Shown here: positions 58,047 through 64,000 of the stretch, piece after piece
Numbering within the stretch: position 1 is the first letter of the stretch
Layout of the letters: the number at the start of each line of letters is the position of its first letter
DNA from: an uncultured Cytophagales bacterium
GTDB taxonomy: Bacteria > Bacteroidota > Bacteroidia > Cytophagales > Bernardetiaceae
DNA length: 64,000 nt
Direction: 5' to 3'
Assembly: GCA_964537755.1 (NCBI GenBank)
Contig: CAZIAQ010000002.1
Coordinates: forward strand, 43,567-107,566
Position numbers and translations under genes: made by a program
Notes under the pieces: generated by a model
Seen by the model: the letters and a program-made list of their open reading frames with translations, nothing else
The model's database searches: none
Told to the model about the DNA's origin: nothing

Positions 58047-60266
58047 ATGCCACGTTCGCTTTCTGCTCGTCTGGCCGCCTGGCTGATGCTCTTGCTTGTC
58101 GGGGCTGCTTTTTTTGGCTTGACCCAAAAGCTGCCCCGTCAGTCGGTGGGTTATCCCCTCCAAAAAGACCGCCTGGAGATGCACTTTCAGCGGCTTGCTT
58201 CTTCGACACCGGCACACCTGACCCGATGGCTCGATAGCCTCGGGCTAGACTTTCAGGACACGCTCTACCAGCAGGTGCAGCAAGAGGAGAAGCAAGGCTA
58301 TCTTTCCCTCGAGGCGAGCCATCAGGTGTGGCTCCGTATGCCGGGGCAGGACAGCAGCCGGACGCTACTCGTGGTAGCTCCTCTGCGGCAACCCTTACCG
58401 GCTTCAGAGGCTTTGCAGGCCGCCGCGATGCTCGAAGCGGTATCCGTGCTGGCGGGTTCATCCGAATATCGCCCGCCTGTGGATGTCGTCTTTTTTTGGG
58501 GAAATAAACCCGAACTAGCCGTAGATCAAGGGCTTGACCTGACCCATCAACTTTCAATGCCCGGGCGCGGGACACGCGGAAAACCCGTGTTGTTGAGTAA
58601 GTCGGTACTGCCTCACGGTATGGCCGTTGCGGATGCCGTCCTGGCTACGGGGCTGCCTTTGCGCAAAAGCTGGCTGCTGGCCCTGGAGGGCGATCTGGCG
58701 CAAGGGACGGCCATGGATGTCCCCGAGAACGTCTCGCTACCGCTGCTGGAAGCCCAAACCCAGACCCTGCTAGATGTGGTCTTAAACTTTCGAGAGCAAG
58801 CGAAGGCTTCGGAAGATGCCGTAGCGGGCTACTTTGTCGTGCCGCTGATCGGGCAGGTAGCCTATACGCACCTCGAGGCTCGGATCGTCTTCTTGACCCT
58901 GGCTGGTGTGTGGGTTTGCCTGTTGCTGTTGGGCTTATGGCGCGGGGCGATCTCTTTGGGTTCGTACCTCTGGAGTGTGTGCGTGATTCCGGTCTTGATC
59001 GGGACGGCGGCGACGGGTACGTTTTTGCTTTGGCAGATGACCCTGGCCTGGCACCCGGCTTTTGTTTGGTGGGGGGAGTCGCTGCGGGGTATCCCGATGC
59101 AGTCGGTATTTTTGTTGAGCCTTACGCTGCTCATGCTAGGTGGGTTTTGGCTTATGTACGGTTTTTTTGCGGGCTTCTTGCGGGCCATTGACCTGGGGGC
59201 TGCCGCCCTGACCTGGGCGATATTGGGCTGCGGTCTGGTTGTTTTTGGTGTTCCTTTTGGATCGGCCTTGCCAGCGGCGATGGACTTATCGGGCTTTGCT
59301 TTGTTCGATACAGCGGCTCTGCACTTCTGGTTGATTCCGATGTTCTGGGGCTTGTTGAGTTGGGTATATGTGCTGCTGCGCGGTCGCCAAACCTCGGACT
59401 ACAACCCCGCCGATACCCTCATCCTGACCTTGTTCTTTTTGCCTGCCGGCTGGTATTTGGGCGAACTTTGGCTGCCCCTGGCCACCATCGAAGGCTTGCT
59501 TTTTGCTGACAAAACCCTCCTCTGGTGCAGTGCCTTAGGCTTGTGGCTGGCTTTGTTTTTGCCACAGTGGCGCGTCCTGGCTGGTGGTTTGCGCTGGACA
59601 ATGCCCCTGCTCGTGCTTGTTACGGGACTAGGGCTGTTGCTCTACGGACACATCGGAAGTGCGTTCAGCAAACACCACAAACGTCCCAACAGTGCCTTTT
59701 TTGCGATCAACCTAAGCAGCGACCAGGCCTTCTGGGGCAGCACCGACCCCAGCACGGATACCTATACGCGGCAGTTCTTCGGCAATGCCCCCGACATCAG
59801 CCCGATGCCCGACATCTTCCCCTGGGCAAACCAACGCTTCCTCACTGCCCGCGACAGTATGCGCTACCTGCCCGCACCCCAGATCGACCTCCTAACCGAC
59901 ACCCTGGGCCAGACCGACTCCCTGCGCTACCTCACCCTGCGTTATACGCCCTCCCAACGCCAGCCCGACGAACTCCGCCTTTACATTCGGGGTGGCCAAA
60001 GGCTCAACTTTGGAGCGGCCGCCCTCCAGACCGACTCGCTTTACGTCCGTTATCGCCCCGCTGATACGCTCCTCTGGCAGGTCATTGCCTTGCCCCAGGA
60101 TACGGTACACCTTACCGCCCTCGAAATCAAGTCCGGACTAGAAGAAGTCTGGAACTATACCCGTATGCCGCGTCGCCTACATACGATGCCTCGCCCAGGT
60201 ATCCTGGGAGATGCCGTCCTTGTCCGAAAAGATTTTATCCTTGCGCCCAAACCCCCAAGACGATGA
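58047..60266 (+). CDS. Large polytopic membrane protein, function unknown
   Basis: N-terminal TM. Extracytoplasmic about 250-aa domain. Then about 10 TM helices and a C-terminal soluble domain. No motif recognised. Confidence 0.4.
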   Translation: MPRSLSARLAAWLMLLLVGAAFFGLTQKLPRQSVGYPLQKDRLEMHFQRLASSTPAHLTRWLDSLGLDFQDTLYQQVQQEEKQGYLSLEASHQVWLRMPGQDSSRTLLVVAPLRQPLPASEALQAAAMLEAVSVLAGSSEYRPPVDVVFFWGNKPELAVDQGLDLTHQLSMPGRGTRGKPVLLSKSVLPHGMAVADAVLATGLPLRKSWLLALEGDLAQGTAMDVPENVSLPLLEAQTQTLLDVVLNFREQAKASEDAVAGYFVVPLIGQVAYTHLEARIVFLTLAGVWVCLLLLGLWRGAISLGSYLWSVCVIPVLIGTAATGTFLLWQMTLAWHPAFVWWGESLRGIPMQSVFLLSLTLLMLGGFWLMYGFFAGFLRAIDLGAAALTWAILGCGLVVFGVPFGSALPAAMDLSGFALFDTAALHFWLIPMFWGLLSWVYVLLRGRQTSDYNPADTLILTLFFLPAGWYLGELWLPLATIEGLLFADKTLLWCSALGLWLALFLPQWRVLAGGLRWTMPLLVLVTGLGLLLYGHIGSAFSKHHKRPNSAFFAINLSSDQAFWGSTDPSTDTYTRQFFGNAPDISPMPDIFPWANQRFLTARDSMRYLPAPQIDLLTDTLGQTDSLRYLTLRYTPSQRQPDELRLYIRGGQRLNFGAAALQTDSLYVRYRPADTLLWQVIALPQDTVHLTALEIKSGLEEVWNYTRMPRRLHTMPRPGILGDAVLVRKDFILAPKPPRR

Positions 60267-60781
60267 ACACCACCTTGATTTTGCTCTCCCTGCTAGAGTT
60301 GGGGATTGCCTTGCTGCTCTCTGTTTTTGTGTTGTACCTCACCTTTTTGGTGATGCAACGCCTCATCGTGCGCCGCTATGACATCGAAAAAGACAACATC
60401 GCTTTTGCGGTGTTGGGGGCGGCAATGCTTTTTTCGGTCGGTAATATTTTGGAGGGGATTGTGGCACCGGTAAGCAGCACCATCCGGCAGCTACGCGATG
60501 TCCACGATCACGTGGCTACTATCGCCGGACAGGCATTTTTGTATATCTTGCTCTTCTTTGTCATCAGTTTTTTTATTGCCCTACTGATTAACTGGCTATC
60601 CATCCAGCTCTATATCAGCCTGACGCACTTTGACGAGTTTGAGGAGATTAGACAAAACAACATCGCCATCGGCATCCTGACGGGGGTCATCATGATCGTC
60701 ATCTCCATGTTCGTTAAGGAGGCCATCATCCAGGTCATGGAATCGCTGGTACCTTACCCCAGGCTACCAAACATCCGCTAA
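60263..60781 (+). CDS. Small membrane protein (DUF350-like)
   Basis: Four hydrophobic helices. ATGA overlap with the upstream gene. Confidence 0.35.
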   Translation: MNTTLILLSLLELGIALLLSVFVLYLTFLVMQRLIVRRYDIEKDNIAFAVLGAAMLFSVGNILEGIVAPVSSTIRQLRDVHDHVATIAGQAFLYILLFFVISFFIALLINWLSIQLYISLTHFDEFEEIRQNNIAIGILTGVIMIVISMFVKEAIIQVMESLVPYPRLPNIR

Positions 60782-60861
60782 TCTCCATTCACTACACACA
60801 CACACCACTTTGACTTACGCGCTACGCGCTTACCTCCTTTTGCTTTGATATTTTTTGCCCT

Positions 60862-61530
60862 ATGCAGAAATCTGATTTTCGGATTGTGCAGGCCAATGCC
60901 AATCACGTGCATTATGCCGAGTTGATTTGTGAAGAGATGGCCGAATCGGCCAAGATGCGCGGTACGGGTATTGCCCGTCGCCGGCCCGAGTACATCGCCG
61001 AGAAGATCACCGAAGGCAAGGCCGTCATTGCCCTGCACCACGACGGCACATGGGCCGGCTTCTGTTACATCGAGACATGGAGCCACGGACGCTATGTCGC
61101 CAACTCGGGCTTGATCGTCAATCCACAGTTCAGGAACTGCGGACTAGCCAAAGCCATCAAAAAAGCCATCTTTGATCTCTCCCGAAAGCTCTATCCCGAT
61201 GCCAAAATCTTCGGACTCACGACCGGCTTTGCCGTCATGAAGATCAACTCCGAGCTGGGTTACGAACCCGCTCCCTACTCCGAACTCACCCAAGATGATA
61301 ACTTTTGGAAAGGTTGTAGCAGTTGTATCAATTATGAAATCTTGCAAAGCAAAGAACGCAAGAACTGCCTCTGTACCGCCATGATCTGGGATCCCGAAGC
61401 CAAAGCCAAAGAGCAAAAACTCAAAATCGAACAAAAACAACTCGCCAAAGAACGCCTCAAGCGCATGAAAAAAAAGCGTAGCCTTCTGGGGCGTTTGTCC
61501 AAGATCTTTACCAAAAAAAGCAAAGCATGA
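60862..61530 (+). CDS. GNAT-family N-acetyltransferase heading the arginine biosynthesis cluster
   Basis: GNAT core (RNCGLAKAIKKAI). Position immediately before argG-argC-argD, as in Bacteroidota arg operons. Confidence 0.6.
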   Translation: MQKSDFRIVQANANHVHYAELICEEMAESAKMRGTGIARRRPEYIAEKITEGKAVIALHHDGTWAGFCYIETWSHGRYVANSGLIVNPQFRNCGLAKAIKKAIFDLSRKLYPDAKIFGLTTGFAVMKINSELGYEPAPYSELTQDDNFWKGCSSCINYEILQSKERKNCLCTAMIWDPEAKAKEQKLKIEQKQLAKERLKRMKKKRSLLGRLSKIFTKKSKA

Positions 61531-62726
61531 CCCAAGCAACCAACAACAAAGTCGTCCTGGCTTTTAGTGGTGGGCTGGATACCACCTTTTGTGCCATCTA
61601 CTTAGCCCGAGACCGCGGGCTGGAAGTCCATACCCTGACCGTCAATACGGGTGGCTTCTCCGATGCCGAATGCCAGCAGATCGCCCAAAAAGCCCAAGCC
61701 CTCGGCGTAGCCCAGCACACGACCATCGATGCAACACAGACCTACTACCAGGAGCAGTTGCGCTATCTGCTCTTTGGCAATGTCCTCAAAAACAGCACAT
61801 ATCCACTCTCGGTAAGTGCCGAGCGTATCTGCCAGGCCACCGCAGTAGCCCAGCACACACGCGCCCTGGGAGCGGCTTATATCGCTCATGGCAGCACGGG
61901 GGCAGGCAACGATCAGGTGCGCTTCGATATGATTTTTCATGTCCTGATCCCGCAGGTATCCATCCTCACCCCCATCCGCGACCTCCAACTAAGCCGCCAA
62001 GCCGAAATCGACTACCTCCAGCAGCACGGCATCTCCTACAATGCCCAAAAGGCCCGCTACTCCATCAATCAGGGTCTCTGGGGAACCTCCGTAGGTGGTG
62101 CCGAAACGCTCACCTCACACCTGCCCCTACCCGAGGAAGCCTGGCCTACGCCCATCACCAAAACCGACCCCGAAACAATCTCCTTAGAGTTTTTGAAAGG
62201 AGAACCCATCGCCCTCAACGGACAAACATGGTCGCCCGTAGCACTCATCCAAGAACTGCAAGCCATAGCACAGCCCTTCGGGATTGGACGAGACATCCAC
62301 GTAGGCGATACGATCATTGGCATCAAAGGGCGGGTAGGCTTTGAGGCCGCCGCCCCCATCTTGCTCATCAAGGCGCATCACGCCCTCGAAAAACACACAC
62401 TCACCAAGTGGCAACTCCAATGGAAAGACCAACTGGGCGCATTCTACGGCAACTTTCTCCACGAAGGGCTGTACCACGATCCCGTGATGCGCGACTTAGA
62501 GGCTTTTCTCGACAGCAGCCAAGCCCGTGTGAGCGGAACGGTTCATTTGCGGCTATACCCACATCGTTTTGAGGTTTTGGGCATCGAAAGTCCCTTTGAT
62601 TTGATGTCGGATCGCTTCGGGAGCTACGGCGAAATGAACAAGAGCTGGACGGGGGAGGATGTCAAAGGATTTTCTAAAATTTTTGGTAACCAAATCGCGA
62701 TATGGCAACAAATTCATCAGGCATGA
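61527..62726 (+). CDS. argG: Argininosuccinate synthase
   Basis: PP-loop AFSGGLDTT. Full-length ArgG conservation. Confidence 0.9.
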   Translation: MTQATNNKVVLAFSGGLDTTFCAIYLARDRGLEVHTLTVNTGGFSDAECQQIAQKAQALGVAQHTTIDATQTYYQEQLRYLLFGNVLKNSTYPLSVSAERICQATAVAQHTRALGAAYIAHGSTGAGNDQVRFDMIFHVLIPQVSILTPIRDLQLSRQAEIDYLQQHGISYNAQKARYSINQGLWGTSVGGAETLTSHLPLPEEAWPTPITKTDPETISLEFLKGEPIALNGQTWSPVALIQELQAIAQPFGIGRDIHVGDTIIGIKGRVGFEAAAPILLIKAHHALEKHTLTKWQLQWKDQLGAFYGNFLHEGLYHDPVMRDLEAFLDSSQARVSGTVHLRLYPHRFEVLGIESPFDLMSDRFGSYGEMNKSWTGEDVKGFSKIFGNQIAIWQQIHQA

Positions 62727-63685
62727 CTCGGGTAGGCATTGCAGGTGGGGCCGGCTATACGGGCGGCGAGCTACTCCGTTTGTTGGTCTGGCATCCGGGG
62801 GTGGAGATCGTTTTTGTGCATAGCAAAAGCCAGGCTGGGCGGCCCGTCGCGGCGGTGCATCAAGACCTCTTCGGCGATTGTACGCTCGAGTTCACCGATA
62901 CGCTGTCGGCGCAAATCGACGTACTTTTTTTGTGCCTCGGGCATGGCGACTCCAAAGACTTCCTGGAGCAGCATCCACAGCCCGATCAGGTCAAGATCAT
63001 CGACCTTAGCCAGGATTTTCGCCTCGAGCGAGACACACATTCGTTTGTCTATGGCTTGCCCGAGCTCAACTTAACTGCCTTGCGTGAGGCCCAAAAGATC
63101 GCTAACCCGGGCTGCTTTGCTACCGCCATACAGCTAGCACTCCTACCCCTTGCCCAGGCGCAAAGGCTCGAGGGCGACATACACATACAAGCCACCACAG
63201 GCTCGACGGGAGCCGGACAAAGCCCTTCCCCAACGACGCATTTCAGTTGGCGAAGCAACAACCTATCCGTCTATAAAGCCTTCACCCATCAGCATCTCCA
63301 CGAGATCGAGGAGTCTCTCGGAGGGCTACAAGCCGAGCTACCACCGCTGCACTTTATCCCGCAGCGCGGCAACTTCAGCCGTGGGATTCTGGCGACGGTT
63401 TCCCTGCGTAGCACCCATTCGCTTTCCCAAAACCAGCAACTGTACCGCGATTATTACGCCGAGCATCCCTTCACCTGGCTTGTCCCCCACGAACTTGCCC
63501 TCAAACAAGTCGTTAATACCAACAAATGCTTTATTCAGTTGATTCAATCGGGGGAGCAACTACTCATCGTCTCGGCGCTTGATAACCTCATCAAGGGTGC
63601 CAGCGGACAGGCGGTTCAAAACATGAACCTTGCCTGTGGCTACGATCAGACGCTAGGGCTGCACCTCAAACCCATCGGCTTATGA
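62723..63685 (+). CDS. argC: N-acetyl-gamma-glutamyl-phosphate reductase
   Basis: RVGIAGGAGYTGGELLRLL NAD-binding N-terminus. Catalytic Cys in GCFATAIQLAL. ATGA overlap with argG. Confidence 0.85.
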   Translation: MTRVGIAGGAGYTGGELLRLLVWHPGVEIVFVHSKSQAGRPVAAVHQDLFGDCTLEFTDTLSAQIDVLFLCLGHGDSKDFLEQHPQPDQVKIIDLSQDFRLERDTHSFVYGLPELNLTALREAQKIANPGCFATAIQLALLPLAQAQRLEGDIHIQATTGSTGAGQSPSPTTHFSWRSNNLSVYKAFTHQHLHEIEESLGGLQAELPPLHFIPQRGNFSRGILATVSLRSTHSLSQNQQLYRDYYAEHPFTWLVPHELALKQVVNTNKCFIQLIQSGEQLLIVSALDNLIKGASGQAVQNMNLACGYDQTLGLHLKPIGL

Positions 63686-64000
63686 AAACCTATAACGTCT
63701 ATCCCGTCTATCCCATCGAAGTCGTCTCCGGCAAGGGTGCTTACGTCTATGACAACCACGGCACAGAGTACCTGGATTTTTATGGCGGTCATGCCGTCAT
63801 TTCGATTGGGCATGGACATCCACGCTACGTCCAAGCCATCTGCGAACAGGTGGCCCGGCTCGGGTTTTACTCCAACGCCGTGGAGCTACCCCTCCAGCGG
63901 CAGCTAGCCCAACGCCTGGGGGAGGTCTCCCACAAAAACGACTACCAACTGTTTTTGTGTAGTTCGGGGGCCGAAGCCAACGAAAATGCCCTCAAGCTGG
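63682..64000 (+). CDS. argD: Acetylornithine/succinylornithine aminotransferase (class III PLP), 5' part; continues beyond window
   Basis: N-terminal YPIEVVSGKGAYVYDNHGTEYLDFYGGHAVISIGHGHP motif of class-III aminotransferases. ATGA overlap with argC. Confidence 0.8.
   Translation, partial: MKTYNVYPVYPIEVVSGKGAYVYDNHGTEYLDFYGGHAVISIGHGHPRYVQAICEQVARLGFYSNAVELPLQRQLAQRLGEVSHKNDYQLFLCSSGAEANENALKL

Overview
The window is a 64-kb chromosomal segment, probably from a Bacteroidota member (T9SS PorV, phasin-like genes, DUF3667/DUF3127 proteins, Bacteroidota-style arg cluster, about 55% GC). It is densely coding and mostly housekeeping.

Left end, LPS/sugar-nucleotide genes: hexapeptide acetyltransferase, Gfo/Idh/MocA dehydrogenase, WbuX-like N-acetyl sugar amidotransferase, then a polyprenyl synthase, NUDIX hydrolase and Wzx-like flippase.

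Central metabolism and translation genes: gltA, fbaA, frr, mnmE, hisG, folP, rluB-like, trmH-like, cutA, and argG-argC-argD at the right end.

Embedded accessory content:
1. Two paralogous genes (11926-16056 + and 53235-55709 -), each encoding three tandem TIR domains followed by a transmembrane anchor. Both keep the plant-TIR-like C-x-x-E catalytic motif and both are translationally coupled to a small downstream gene: an MpaB/DUF2236-family oxygenase for the first, a DUF3127 protein for the second. Each locus also has a PP2C (SpoIIE-type) phosphatase nearby. I consider this the most likely undescribed system in the window.
2. A chemosensory operon: ParA-like ATPase, a 2434-aa soluble MCP with about 14 PAS domains and a GAF domain, CheW, two CheY, CheA, and a CheC/CheX-like protein. 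No CheR or CheB is present. A GAF-PAS-PP2C phosphatase precedes it.
3. A solitary Cas6-like gene with no CRISPR array, a frameshifted orphan beta-class DNA methyltransferase, and three tandem phasin-like paralogs.

All calls rest on reading the translated ORFs and sequence motifs. No database search was possible.
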